Assembly: GCA_046583355.1 (NCBI GenBank)
Contig: JAYGCM010000072.1
Location: 1-38,673, forward strand
Length of the DNA: 38,673 nt
Direction of reading: 5' to 3'
Source: Deltaproteobacteria bacterium
GTDB lineage: Bacteria; Desulfobacterota; Binatia; UBA12015
A program made the position numbers and the translations under genes. The notes under the pieces were generated by a model. The model had not been told where the DNA came from. It saw only the letters and a program-made list of their open reading frames with translations, and ran no database searches. Shown in pieces: positions 18,793 to 28,918 of the stretch. Numbering within the stretch: position 1 is the first letter of the stretch; every line of letters starts with the position of its first letter.

Positions 18793-19664
18793 ACGGGCGG
18801 CTGCGCGACTCCTGGGAGGCCCTCCGCTACGGCCCTCTTCTGCGCGGCGCGAGCACCCACCCGCTTGCCGGCCGGCTCTACGAGAAATTGGTCGCGGGTA
18901 TCGAGTGGCGCGCCGACCCCAACCGCCGCGCCGTGGCGAGCGCACGTATCGCCGACACGCTGCAATGCAGCCAGCAGCAAGCACAGGCAATCTTCCGCGC
19001 CTGCCTTGGCTCGGAGGCAAGAGAAGAGGCCGATACGGCATGGGTAGCGCGGCGCGGCATCGCCCTCGCCGACATCCTGCCCCACCGCCCGGGACTGCCA
19101 AGCGAAGGACGCGGTTCTATCTTCGCGACCCTGCACCTCGGCTCACCTATCCTCACCTTTCTCTACCTGCGCGAAGTGCTCGGCTTGCCTCTGCGCGCCA
19201 TCGGGCGACCGCTCGACGACGACAACCCCCTCTCGGCAGCCAAGCGCGCCTGGGGTTCGGCCAAGGTCGGCTGGGTCTCGCGCAGCTCCGGCACGACCTT
19301 CATCAACACAGACGCTCGCGGGATCATACAGGCGCGTGAGGAGCTGCTCGCCGGGCGCTCGATCTATGCCGCGATCGATGTTCCGGCCGATCTCGCGAGC
19401 CGCGCGATGGCGCTGGAGATTCACGGCCGATCGTTCTCCTTTGCCGCCGGAATCCCCCGCCTCGCGCAGCTCACGGGCGCCGAGATTCTGCCGGTCATCG
19501 GACTTCATCGCGCAGAGGGCTTCCGCGTCGAGTTCGGTGCGCCAATTTCGTGTCCGACGCAAGAAGAGACACAGAAGGCTCTCGCGGCTTGGCTCTCCCA
19601 GACTCTGTGCAGCTACCCCGACGAGTGGTGGCTATGGCCCTATGCAGAGGAGGTGGCGAAATGA
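18789..19664 (+). CDS. LpxL/HtrB-like (lysophospholipid) acyltransferase
   Basis: IFATLHLGS, AAIDVP, GIPRLAQLTGAEILP, YPDEWWLW; translationally coupled to the ACP gene. Confidence 0.72.
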   Translation: MNGRLRDSWEALRYGPLLRGASTHPLAGRLYEKLVAGIEWRADPNRRAVASARIADTLQCSQQQAQAIFRACLGSEAREEADTAWVARRGIALADILPHRPGLPSEGRGSIFATLHLGSPILTFLYLREVLGLPLRAIGRPLDDDNPLSAAKRAWGSAKVGWVSRSSGTTFINTDARGIIQAREELLAGRSIYAAIDVPADLASRAMALEIHGRSFSFAAGIPRLAQLTGAEILPVIGLHRAEGFRVEFGAPISCPTQEETQKALAAWLSQTLCSYPDEWWLWPYAEEVAK

Positions 19665-20143
19665 GCCGATTTCGGCCGCGGCACAGGCTTCGCGAGCGCG
19701 GCCCACTTCGTGTACAAAGTCCGGCAATGGGGGATCCGACACCATTGGTGGAACATCTCGGCCTGCGCCACGTGGCGCTGAACGTGAGCGATGTAGAACG
19801 CGCGGTAGTTTTCTACCGCGACCTGCTGGGCTTTCGGGTCGTCTGGGCACCGGATCCGCAGAATATCTACCTCACTTCGGGCTGCGATAACCTCGCGATT
19901 CATCTGGCAGACGAGATCCGGCGCCCCGGTGCGCTCGACCATATCGGCATCCTCGTGCGCCTGGCCGACGATGTCAGCCAGGCCGAGACGGCTCTGCGCA
20001 AAGCCGGCGTAACCATTCTCGCGGCCACCAAGGTACACCGCGACCAGAGCGTATCGTGCTATGTCGCCGACCCCGACGGCAACTCACTTCAGATTCTCTT
20101 CGAGCCCGGCATCTCGAAGCTCGTATTGGCAGAGGAAAACTGA
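19661..20143 (+). CDS. VOC/glyoxalase family protein
   Basis: LRHVALNVSD..RAVVFYRDLLG, LDHIG, YVADPDGN. Start is either 19661 (SD AGGAGGT, ATGA overlap) or 19727. Confidence 0.85.
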   Translation: MSRFRPRHRLRERGPLRVQSPAMGDPTPLVEHLGLRHVALNVSDVERAVVFYRDLLGFRVVWAPDPQNIYLTSGCDNLAIHLADEIRRPGALDHIGILVRLADDVSQAETALRKAGVTILAATKVHRDQSVSCYVADPDGNSLQILFEPGISKLVLAEEN

Positions 20144-20883
20144 TGGCAGCAACAGACGCTCCCGAGCGAACTCCCCTGCGCGTGGTCGCTGCCTGGTCGG
20201 TTCATCTCTTCACCGCCATCGGCACACTCTGCACCCTCGGTGCGCTCTGGGCGATTCTGCAAGACGATATTCGCGCGGCATTCTATTGGTTGGCGCTTGC
20301 CGTTGCCATTGACGCAGCCGATGGCGCGCTCGCGCGGGCGGCGCGCGTCAAAGAGGTCGTGCCCGTCTTCGATGGCGCGAAGCTCGACGATATCGTCGAC
20401 TATATGACCTTCGTGATGGTGCCGGTCTTTCTGATGGTCGCCACCGGCGTGTTGCAAGGCCCTCTGGGCTTCGTCGCAGCGAGCTCGGCTCTGCTCGCCT
20501 CGGCCTACCGCTTCTGCCATACCGCGGCCAAAACCGAAGACCATTTCTTCACCGGCTTTCCCTCGTATTGGAATATTCTCGTCTTCTACCAATACGTCTT
20601 TGATCTTCCTGCCGGCCTCAACGCAGCGCTGGTGCTGATTCTCGCGGCGTTGGTCTTCGCCCCCCTGCGCTTCATCTACCCGTCACGCACCCTATTCATG
20701 CGGCCAACCTCGATCTTCTTCGGCCTGATCTGGGCCGCCGGTGGCCTGGTGGTCGTCGATGCTCTGCCCGAGCGACGCACGACGATTGCCGCTTTGACGC
20801 TGCTCTACCCGCTCTATTACACGGTGGTTTCTTTCTATTTGCAGGCGACCCGAAAGAACTCCTCGGGCCAGCCGACCGGCTGA
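20143..20883 (+). CDS. pcs: Phosphatidylcholine synthase (CDP-alcohol phosphatidyltransferase)
   Basis: VHLFTAIG, CDP-alcohol motif DAADGALAR...DGAKLDDIVDY, FTGFPSYWN; multi-TM; TGATG overlap. Confidence 0.8.
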   Translation: MAATDAPERTPLRVVAAWSVHLFTAIGTLCTLGALWAILQDDIRAAFYWLALAVAIDAADGALARAARVKEVVPVFDGAKLDDIVDYMTFVMVPVFLMVATGVLQGPLGFVAASSALLASAYRFCHTAAKTEDHFFTGFPSYWNILVFYQYVFDLPAGLNAALVLILAALVFAPLRFIYPSRTLFMRPTSIFFGLIWAAGGLVVVDALPERRTTIAALTLLYPLYYTVVSFYLQATRKNSSGQPTG

Positions 20884-20889
20884 CGGTCC

Positions 20890-21474
20890 TCAGACCTTCA
20901 ACGAATCGATCAGAGCTTCCTTCAGCGCCGCAACCAATTCTACCGAGCCCACGGCGCTGCTCTGACCCGTGAGGCCTTGTACGAGGATGCCGTTGAGCGT
21001 GCTCATCATCAGCGCCGCTCGTATCTCTGCGTCGATCTCTTTGACGAAGATTCCCTCGTCTTGACCGCGCTGGATCGTATCGCCGATGAGGCTGCGGAAT
21101 TGACGATAGAGTTCGATCACCTGGGCGAAGAAGGCATCGGGCATTTTTTCTTCGCGCAGGAAGAGGCTCAGGAAGAAGCGCACGGATTCGATATGCTGGA
21201 GAACGAATTCCGTGTAGCGCTCGGCGATCATCTCCAGCGCATCGGCAGGCGCCAGGTTCTTCAAACTACCGATTGCGCCGCCAACGATATGATAGGGCGC
21301 GATAGTCTGCTCGATCACCTCATCGAAGAGGGCTTCTTTGTTCTCGAAATGCCAGAAAATCAGCGCCTTGGAAACCTCGGCCTTGCGTGCAACTTGCGCC
21401 AATGAGGTGTTCTCGTAGCCGTGCCGCGCAAAGAGATGCGCCGCTATATTGATGATATTCCTCCGCGTATCCAT
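20890..21474 (-). CDS. TetR/AcrR family transcriptional regulator
   Basis: LFARHGYENTSLAQVARKAEVSKALIFWHFENKEAL; start placed at ATG 21474. Confidence 0.9.
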   Translation of the reverse strand: MDTRRNIINIAAHLFARHGYENTSLAQVARKAEVSKALIFWHFENKEALFDEVIEQTIAPYHIVGGAIGSLKNLAPADALEMIAERYTEFVLQHIESVRFFLSLFLREEKMPDAFFAQVIELYRQFRSLIGDTIQRGQDEGIFVKEIDAEIRAALMMSTLNGILVQGLTGQSSAVGSVELVAALKEALIDSLKV

Positions 21475-21499
21475 ATCGAGTCCGCCCCGCCCCTGATAA

Positions 21500-21516
21500 T
21501 GCGCCGCTTCGGCGCA
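21500..21516. repeat. Perfect 7-3-7 inverted repeat (operator or weak terminator)
   Basis: TGCGCCG-CTT-CGGCGCA between the menE stop and the TetR start; on the minus strand it directly follows TTGACT. Confidence 0.4.
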
Positions 21517-21600
21517 AGTCAAACTCAAGAGCCGAGCCGCCGGCCTGAATCCTGGAAGCGCGGCCGAAAAATAGGCCTGCATCCGGGCGCGCCGCTACGC

Positions 21601-23070
21601 TCAGAGCAGGTCGCGGCGGCGCAGCTTGCCAGCGGCCGTGCGCGGCAGAGCGGCCACTCGTTCCAGCGCCTGCGGCAATTTATAGCGTGCCAGACGGGTG
21701 GCGGCGTGGGCACGCAACTCCCCAAGCGAGAGCTGCCGGCCCGGCCGCAAGACCACAAAGGCCGTCACGGCCATCCCCCAGACGGCATCCGGCCGGCCAA
21801 CGACACCCACCTCCAGGATGGACGGATGGTCGGCCAAGGCCGCCTCGACCTCTCCGGGGGCCACGTTCTCACCCCCGGTGACGATCACCTCATCGATCCG
21901 ACCGAGCACCCGCAGAACGCGCCCCTGGTCGAACTCGCCGGCATCGTTGGTCGTCATCCAGCCATCCGCGTCCACCAGACTCACAACCTGGCCGGGCGCC
22001 ACCAGCCTCCCGAGCGCGATGCTGGTCCCGCGCAACTCGATGGCTCCACTGCCTGTCTCTACCGGCCGACGCTCGGCATCCACCAGCCGAATTTCGGTAT
22101 TCTCCAGCGCATGCCCGACCTCGCCGGTCGCAAAAGCGCGCCTACGCGGTTTGGCCGTCGCCACCTGCGAGGTTGTCTCCGTCATGCCAAAACTCGGTGC
22201 CACGGGAAGGCCCGCGGCCTGCGCACGAGCCAGCCCGCTTGCGCTCGCCTGGGCTCCGCCGACCAACACAAATCGTAAAGTCGCCGGTGGCCGGCGACCG
22301 CCAAGCGCATCGACCAGGCGATCGAGCATGGTGGGCACCAGGGAGATCTGCGTGACCTCCCCAGCCAACACGACCTCCGCCACGCGCGACGCATCAAAGC
22401 TCGCATGCAACACCACCGTCGTACCCAGAATAATGCTGCGCATGAGAATCGCGATGCCGCCCATATGGTGCAGCGGCATCGCGGCCAGCCACGCGTCATT
22501 CGGCCGAGAACCGAGACGGACCGCACCCGAAATCGCGGTGGCAAGAAAATTCCCCGAAGAATGCAAAATCCCCTTGGGCGCGCCGGATGTGCCCGAGGTG
22601 AAAAGCAGGGTATGTGGTTTCTCGTGATCAAGCGTTGGATCCAGAGGCTCGCCGGGATCCGTATCGGCCAATACGAGGCTCCCCTTCGCGACCAGGACAA
22701 GCGGCGTATCGGCGACACCCGCGGCCGCACGACCGAGCGCCCGCTCGGCGGCCTCCGCAACCACCAGTACCGGGGTCGCCAGGGTCGCGATACGCGCGAT
22801 CTCGGCTACGGTGGCGCCGGCATTCGCGACAGCCAGGGTCGCTCCGAGTCGTGGCATCGCATGCAGAAGCGAGACGAAGGCCAAGCCGGGCCGCAATAGG
22901 CTGAGTATGGTCGTGCCGTGCACAACGCCCGCGCGGCGGAGCCTGGCCGCAAGCAGCGCGGTCTCGTGCTCGAGAGTCGCGAAGTCGATCACCGCACCCT
23001 CGTCGAGGATAAGCGCCGGGTGCAGCGGGCGACGGCGGGCCTGCCCGGCCAGCCAATCCGCCGCTCTCAT
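21601..23070 (-). CDS. menE: o-succinylbenzoate-CoA ligase
   Basis: FTSGTSGAPKG, SFGMTET, GRIDEVIVTGGENV, LPRTAAGK; last gene of the men operon. Confidence 0.88.
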   Translation of the reverse strand: MRAADWLAGQARRRPLHPALILDEGAVIDFATLEHETALLAARLRRAGVVHGTTILSLLRPGLAFVSLLHAMPRLGATLAVANAGATVAEIARIATLATPVLVVAEAAERALGRAAAGVADTPLVLVAKGSLVLADTDPGEPLDPTLDHEKPHTLLFTSGTSGAPKGILHSSGNFLATAISGAVRLGSRPNDAWLAAMPLHHMGGIAILMRSIILGTTVVLHASFDASRVAEVVLAGEVTQISLVPTMLDRLVDALGGRRPPATLRFVLVGGAQASASGLARAQAAGLPVAPSFGMTETTSQVATAKPRRRAFATGEVGHALENTEIRLVDAERRPVETGSGAIELRGTSIALGRLVAPGQVVSLVDADGWMTTNDAGEFDQGRVLRVLGRIDEVIVTGGENVAPGEVEAALADHPSILEVGVVGRPDAVWGMAVTAFVVLRPGRQLSLGELRAHAATRLARYKLPQALERVAALPRTAAGKLRRRDLL

Positions 23071-24128
23071 ATGTGCGCTACCTGCAAAAATGGACTCGCC
23101 ATATCCAGCGTAAGGCCGAGGCCAGGACCCGTGGGAAGTGCCATCTCGGACCCCTCGCGCGGCGCCGCATAGACCAGATCGCCGGCCAGCCTGGAGAGCG
23201 TCGCGCAGCCCGCGTCAGGTCCCGGGCGCAAGGCTGCCGCAAGATGCAGCATCGCCGTCGTGGCGATCGCCGAGTCGATCCCGGTCGTCAAGGAGAGTCC
23301 AAGCCCGGCCTCGGCAGTAGCGCGCGCTACCGCAAGCGCCGCGCCGATTCCGCCGACCTGGCAAAATTTGATCACTACGACGTCCACCGCAGCCGCGGCG
23401 ACCAGACGCCGAACGTCATCGGCACCGGCGATCGCCTCATCGGCTGCGACCCGCACACCCGCCTCACGCACAGCGCGCATTCCTGCCAGGTCCTCTATAG
23501 CGCAGGGCTGCTCCAGCCATTCGAGGTCCCAGCATACGAGCGCACGCGCCGCCTCGAGCGCAGTCGCGCGGTCCCAAGCACCATTCGCGTCGACCCGCAG
23601 CGACAATTCCGGCGCCGCCGTGCGCACGCTACGCACCCGCGCGAGCGTTGTCTCAACATCGCGCGCCGCTTTCAGCTTGACCGCGCGGAAGCCCGCCGCA
23701 CGCGCACGCCGGGCGGCCTCGGCGAGGTCGTCTCCCCCTAGAAGTGCGCTCACCCGCACCGGCGCACGGCTCTGTGCACCCAGAGCTTCGGCCAGACAAC
23801 AGCCCTGGCCGCGGGCCTCGGCATCGCGCAACGCCAGGTCCAATCCCATTGCCGCCGCGGGCGGCAGCGTCGGCAATAAATCTGTTGCGACCTCGCGCGT
23901 ATCCGCACCGACCAGCCCGGCGAGCTGCGTGCGTAAAGCCTCCTCGGTCTCGCGCCATACCGACGGCTCGGCGGCGGGATGCGGTGCCGCCTCGCCGATT
24001 CCCGGCTGGCCTTCGGCAACCAGGGAGACGACAAAGCCGCGGCGCTCTAGAATGCGACCCGCCGCAGTCGGCAAGGGCGCGACCAGCGGAATTGCATAGG
24101 GCAGCAATGTCGCGGACTCGATCTTCAA
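23067..24128 (-). CDS. menC: o-succinylbenzoate synthase (enolase superfamily)
   Basis: AVKLK, RVDANG, WLEQP, AADE, VVIK; probable TTG start at 24128 overlapping the menA stop. Confidence 0.85.
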   Translation of the reverse strand: MKIESATLLPYAIPLVAPLPTAAGRILERRGFVVSLVAEGQPGIGEAAPHPAAEPSVWRETEEALRTQLAGLVGADTREVATDLLPTLPPAAAMGLDLALRDAEARGQGCCLAEALGAQSRAPVRVSALLGGDDLAEAARRARAAGFRAVKLKAARDVETTLARVRSVRTAAPELSLRVDANGAWDRATALEAARALVCWDLEWLEQPCAIEDLAGMRAVREAGVRVAADEAIAGADDVRRLVAAAAVDVVVIKFCQVGGIGAALAVARATAEAGLGLSLTTGIDSAIATTAMLHLAAALRPGPDAGCATLSRLAGDLVYAAPREGSEMALPTGPGLGLTLDMASPFLQVAHI

Positions 24129-25006
24129 AGAAGAAAGCCCACTGCCAGGAGCGCGCCGAAGGCGAGGTGCAGGCGCGCCGTGGCGCCCAGCGCCTCGTTC
24201 AAGGCGGCACCGGCATTCGGCAAGAAGACCGCCTGCAGGGGAGCGCGTGCCAGCGGCGCGGCCAACCAGGCAAGCAGCACGGGAGGTCCCGCGAGGTCGA
24301 GCACGACGAGAAGCAGCGGCACAAGCAAGGCGACCAGCAAAAGCAGAACGTAGAAGCCACGACCAATGGGCCGGCCGAAGCGCACCACGAGAGTACGTTT
24401 GCCGGCGCGGGCATCGCCCTCGGCATCGCGAATATTGTTGACCACCAGAATTGCCGTGGCGAGCGCTCCGAGCGCCAACGAGGCGAGCCAGCCTGCCTCC
24501 GTCGTGCGATCGATCATCAACCACTCGGTGCCAAGGACGGCCACGGGGCCGAAGAAGGCGAAGACAAAAAGGTCGCCAAGGCCGACGTAGGCAAGCGGCA
24601 TCGGGCCGGCCGTATAGGCGAGGCCGGAGAGGATCGACGCGACACCGATCCAGAGGATCGGCCAGCCGCCTACGCCGATAAGGCCCAGTCCGATCACCGC
24701 TGCGACCGCAAAAAGAACCATCGCGGCAGAGAACATCGTGCGCGCCGGAATCAGGCCAGCCGCGACCGCGCGCCGCGGACCGACCCTATCCGGGGTGTCG
24801 GCACCACGCTGAAAATCGCCCCAGTCATTGACAAAATTAGTGGCGATCTGGATGGCCAGAGCGGCGGCCAGCACCGCCGCCAGAACCAGCGGCCGCCAAC
24901 CAGCCTCAGCAAAGCCAACCGCCGCGCCGACAACCACCGGAGCGATGCTCGCCGGCAATGTGCGTGGCCGCGCCGCTTCCAACCAGATGCGTAATTTCTC
25001 GTTCAT
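24125..25006 (-). CDS. menA: 1,4-dihydroxy-2-naphthoate polyprenyltransferase
   Basis: AARPRTLPAS, NDWGDF..GAD, NNIRD...D...GKRTL; multi-TM UbiA family. Confidence 0.93.
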   Translation of the reverse strand: MNEKLRIWLEAARPRTLPASIAPVVVGAAVGFAEAGWRPLVLAAVLAAALAIQIATNFVNDWGDFQRGADTPDRVGPRRAVAAGLIPARTMFSAAMVLFAVAAVIGLGLIGVGGWPILWIGVASILSGLAYTAGPMPLAYVGLGDLFVFAFFGPVAVLGTEWLMIDRTTEAGWLASLALGALATAILVVNNIRDAEGDARAGKRTLVVRFGRPIGRGFYVLLLLVALLVPLLLVVLDLAGPPVLLAWLAAPLARAPLQAVFLPNAGAALNEALGATARLHLAFGALLAVGFLL

Positions 25007-25800
25007 CCGTCCCTCCGCTCGCGCAGGAAATCTTCGATCAGGGCTGCCAGCTCGGCCGGTTTCTCGACCAAAAGGGAATGACCGGCGCCGGCCAGCAGGG
25101 CGAGCCGGGCCTGCGGCATCGCGGCGACCGTCCGCGTAGCGATCGCGCCGTATTTCTCGTCGAGGGTACCCGCGACAATGAGCGCCGGTGCTGCCATATC
25201 GGCCAGCGCAGTCCAGAGCGAAGGCTGATGACCCGGCGACATGGCACGCAAGGCCGCGGCAAAGGCCGGCGCCTTGCCCGATAATTTGCGCGCGCGTTCG
25301 GCGGCAAACGAGGCCGGATCGATCTGCGCCAGGCTGGCAAAAAGGGGTTGCGCCATCCAGCGCTCGACAAAGGCTTCGAGCCCTTCGCCTTCGAGGCGCC
25401 GGGCGAGTGCGCTGTCGGCAGCGGCGCGCACCGCGCGCTCCTCGGAGTCTTCGATACCCGGCGAAGCGCTCAGTACCGCCATGGAAAGAATCCGCTTGCC
25501 ATGCGCAGCGGCGAAATGCAGCAGCGCTCGGCCGCCCATCGAGTAGCCTATAAAATGTGCGCGCTCGATGCCCAAGCGATCAAGTCGCGCGGCCAGCGCA
25601 TCGGCAACGGCCGGTAGACGCGCCGCGGCCGGGTCAGCGGGTGCCGGGCTTGCGCCGTGCCCGGGCAACTCTACCCGCACGACGCGGTACGAACTCTCCA
25701 GGCGCGATCCCAGATCATCCCAGCTGGTGACGTTTCCCGTAAAGCCGTGCAGAAGAACCATGGCCTCGCCGCGGCCCGCCTCGGTCGAACTCAGTTCCAC
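25003..25800 (-). CDS. menH: SHCHC synthase (alpha/beta hydrolase)
   Basis: LHGFTG, GYSMGG nucleophile motif, LDEKY, AGH; directly downstream of menD. Confidence 0.9.
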   Translation of the reverse strand: MELSSTEAGRGEAMVLLHGFTGNVTSWDDLGSRLESSYRVVRVELPGHGASPAPADPAAARLPAVADALAARLDRLGIERAHFIGYSMGGRALLHFAAAHGKRILSMAVLSASPGIEDSEERAVRAAADSALARRLEGEGLEAFVERWMAQPLFASLAQIDPASFAAERARKLSGKAPAFAAALRAMSPGHQPSLWTALADMAAPALIVAGTLDEKYGAIATRTVAAMPQARLALLAGAGHSLLVEKPAELAALIEDFLRERRDG

Positions 25801-27608
25801 GGCTCAGCTCCCGCGGCCGCCATGATGGCAAGGCGATGCGCCTCAAGCGAAGCCTTGCGATCGATCTTCACCACCAGAACCGTGGTTCCCTGCCGTGCGA
25901 AGGCACTCTTCAATGCAGCCGGTAATTCTTCGATGACGAGGGTTCGCGCCGATACCCCGTAGGCCGCGGCAAGCGCCGCGAGATCCAGGCCATGCGGTGT
26001 CGTGAAGAGCGGGTCGAAACAGGCATGACCCTCGGTCGCGACCGGGAGATGGTCGAAAATTCCGCCGCCGTCGTTGTCGAGGATCACAAATATCGCCCGC
26101 GCGCCGGCCCGGCGCACGGCCAGAAGTCCGCCGATATCATGGAGAAAAGAGACATCGCCGAGCAACCCGAGCGTCGGGCCATCATGCCCCGCCGCGATGC
26201 CCAAAGTCGTGGAGACCAGTCCGTCTATCCCCGACGCCCCTCGATTCACATGGATTTCCGTGTCACTCCGAGAATCCGGCCAAAAAAGGTCCAGCGCGCG
26301 TACGGCAAGCGAGTTGCCAACAAAAAGAACACCGTCCGGCGGTAGAGAGCGTGAGATCGCGCGCACCACCGTCCCTTCGAAAACCGGTGCCACATCGAGA
26401 TGTCGGTCGAGCGCCACGCGCGTGCGCCGCCCCGCCTCGACCCAAACCGCCCGCCAAGCAGGCCGCACTGGCGGCCCGCCGAGCGCGCCGGCAAGCGCGT
26501 CGACCACAGGCGCGATCTCCGCCCGCACCACAACGGCCGCACTCGCAGCCGGATCCGGCCACTTGCCCGGCGCACAGATGACAATCTGAGGAATCGTGCG
26601 CCAGCGTGCAAGCAGACCGCCAAGCGCCTTGGATGTCGGCGACGCGCCGAGACGAACGATCAGGTCCGGCGCCAGGCCAGACATCGCAGCAGAATTATCA
26701 GCAGAAACCTCGGCGGAAGTCCGGCCCGGTTCCGGATCGCCAGCGCGCAGGATCGCGTCATAGGCATCCACCGAGAACTCCGCGATGCCGGCACCCCGGA
26801 GGTTGGCCGTGGGTTCAGCCAATAGCGGTGCTCCGAGCGCCGCGGCCAGTCGCGCGATGGCGCCGCCGCGGATGCCACCATCGGGCGGCATCGGGCCGGC
26901 AATGAGCAGCGGACGCTCCGCCCGCTTGAGGCGCGCGACCAGAGGCGCCAACTCCGCTGCAGGCAAAACGACCTGGGTCTGCGGCACAAACGAAAGCCGC
27001 GCGCGCTCTGCGGTCGCGAGCATTGCCGACTCGGGCGCCGGCGGCTCGGCCGCAGCCGCACCAGGGGAGAGCGGTTCGCGGAACGGACAATTCAGATGCA
27101 CTGGCCCGGGCGCGGGGCCGCAGGCCTCGGCCACTGCGCGGCAGGCCAAGCGCCGTAGATGCAGACCACCGGCCGCATCCGCAATCGGCAGCCCGGTATC
27201 GGCGAAGAAGCGTACATAGCCGCCGAAGAGCCGGTTCTGATCAATTGTCTGATTGGCGCCGCAATCGCGCAGCTCCGGGGGCCGATCCGCACTCAATACG
27301 ACTAACGGAATGCCAGACTGACTGGCCTCGATGATGGCCGGGAAATAATGCGCTGCCGCCGTCCCCGAAGTACAGACAAGCGCGACCGGCAAACCTGTCG
27401 CCCGAGCCAGACCGAGTGCGAAGAACGCACTACTGCGCTCATCAAGATGAGAATAGATCTGCACCCCCTCTTGCTCGTACTCGGCAAAGGCCAGCGCCAA
27501 CGGTGTCGAGCGGCTGCCCGGCGAGATGCAGACTGCACCAATACCCGCATGCACCAATTCGCGTACCAACAGCCGCGCACCTTCCAAGGAGGCCCCCTGC
27601 TCGCTCAT
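25791..27608 (-). CDS. menD: SEPHCHC synthase (TPP-dependent)
   Basis: SPGSRSTPL, DERSSAFFALG, CTSGTAAA, ADRPPEL, NRGASGIDG, GDVSFLHD, DNDGGGIF. Confidence 0.96.
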   Translation of the reverse strand: MSEQGASLEGARLLVRELVHAGIGAVCISPGSRSTPLALAFAEYEQEGVQIYSHLDERSSAFFALGLARATGLPVALVCTSGTAAAHYFPAIIEASQSGIPLVVLSADRPPELRDCGANQTIDQNRLFGGYVRFFADTGLPIADAAGGLHLRRLACRAVAEACGPAPGPVHLNCPFREPLSPGAAAAEPPAPESAMLATAERARLSFVPQTQVVLPAAELAPLVARLKRAERPLLIAGPMPPDGGIRGGAIARLAAALGAPLLAEPTANLRGAGIAEFSVDAYDAILRAGDPEPGRTSAEVSADNSAAMSGLAPDLIVRLGASPTSKALGGLLARWRTIPQIVICAPGKWPDPAASAAVVVRAEIAPVVDALAGALGGPPVRPAWRAVWVEAGRRTRVALDRHLDVAPVFEGTVVRAISRSLPPDGVLFVGNSLAVRALDLFWPDSRSDTEIHVNRGASGIDGLVSTTLGIAAGHDGPTLGLLGDVSFLHDIGGLLAVRRAGARAIFVILDNDGGGIFDHLPVATEGHACFDPLFTTPHGLDLAALAAAYGVSARTLVIEELPAALKSAFARQGTTVLVVKIDRKASLEAHRLAIMAAAGAEPWN

Positions 27609-27613
27609 GCCAA

Positions 27614-28918
27614 TCAGACCTCAAGCAATGCTTCGAGAAGAGTACGCAATTTCAAACGCGTCTCCTCGAGTTCCTCGCGCCACTGCGAGCCCGCGACGAT
27701 TCCCGCCCCCGCGTGCAGTAGCGCCTCGTGGCCACGCAACAATGCCGTGCGGATCGCGACGGTGACCTCACCCTGGGCGCCGTCGATCCAGCCCACACCA
27801 CCGCCGTACCAGCCGCGCGGTTCGTGTTCGTGACGCGCCAGCGCTGCTGCGACCTCTTGGCGCGGCAGGCCACCGAGCGCCGGCGTCGGATGCAATGCCT
27901 CGACAATATCGAGCAGCGTCGTGGAGGCATGGAGGTCCGCCTCGATGGGCGTGCGCAGATGTTGCACCGGACCGGCGACCAGGGTCTCGGGCGCGGCAGC
28001 AGCATTCATGCTGGTACAATGCGGGCGCAGCCTTGCGACGACGTCGGCAACCACCAGGGCGTGCTCTCGATGTTCTTTCTCGCTCGCGTGCAACCCCGCT
28101 GCCGCGGCACGCTCTTCGGAATCTCCGTCGCCGCGCCGCGCCGTGCCGGCCACCGCGCCGGTGCGCAAGCGCCGGCCCTCCACGCGCGCCAGAGGCTCGG
28201 GACTCGCGCCGATAAAGGTGCTGCCACCACGCCGCACCGCGAAGACACTCGCCTGCGGATGCGCGCGAGCGAGATGGTAGACGAGGCCCGCCGCGTCAAT
28301 TGGGCCTCCTGCTGTCACTTCCAAAATACGGGAGAGCACCAGCTTCTCGAGCCGACCGGCTTCAATCTCCGCCAGCACACCCTCGACGGCGCGTTGCCAG
28401 GACTCATCCGGGCTGCGGCTACGCACGCGCAGATCCAAGGCCCCGCTGCCTGGCTTCCGGCCAGCAGTGGCCGCTCGCACGAAGGCTTCCCCGCGCTCAA
28501 GCGCCGCGTCGGCCGCAAGCGGGCCGTCCGTGCCGGTCGTCGCGACAAAGAGTTCCGTGCGGTCACCGCGGCGGATCGTCGCGATACGCGGAATATGCAG
28601 CGAGAGCGCCGGGAAATCGCGCCATTCCCCGGTCATGGTGGCCTCATCCGCGAAGGCGAAGCCGCCAAGTACGAGCGGTGCTGACGCCGAAAGCTTGCCC
28701 AACTCAGCGATAGCATCGCGAAAACGGAGAGCACCGGCCGTCTCGATTGCGTGTACGACACCGCTCGCCACGATTTCCTGGTCGCCACCGGCACTCCAGA
28801 AAAATGCCGGCTCGCCAGGCTCGGCGTGCAGCAAGGCGCGTGGGTCTACGACAAAATCGAGGACCTTGCGGCGACATTCCAGCGCCGGAGCTGATGGGAC
28901 CATGCTGGGCAGACTCAT
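27614..28918 (-). CDS. menF: Isochorismate synthase
   Basis: KLVLSR, GASPE, KEHREH, LHPTPALGG, RGWYGG, AGAGIV; ATG 28918 overlaps the menG stop. Confidence 0.9.
   Translation of the reverse strand: MSLPSMVPSAPALECRRKVLDFVVDPRALLHAEPGEPAFFWSAGGDQEIVASGVVHAIETAGALRFRDAIAELGKLSASAPLVLGGFAFADEATMTGEWRDFPALSLHIPRIATIRRGDRTELFVATTGTDGPLAADAALERGEAFVRAATAGRKPGSGALDLRVRSRSPDESWQRAVEGVLAEIEAGRLEKLVLSRILEVTAGGPIDAAGLVYHLARAHPQASVFAVRRGGSTFIGASPEPLARVEGRRLRTGAVAGTARRGDGDSEERAAAAGLHASEKEHREHALVVADVVARLRPHCTSMNAAAAPETLVAGPVQHLRTPIEADLHASTTLLDIVEALHPTPALGGLPRQEVAAALARHEHEPRGWYGGGVGWIDGAQGEVTVAIRTALLRGHEALLHAGAGIVAGSQWREELEETRLKLRTLLEALLEV

Noticed and set aside
24129..24524. Long N-terminal extensions in the ORF track for menC (also menF, OFOR gamma/alpha, TetR, ligase)
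   Set aside because: They overlap neighbouring genes or intergenic signals; internal starts with stop/start overlaps or SD sequences fit better.
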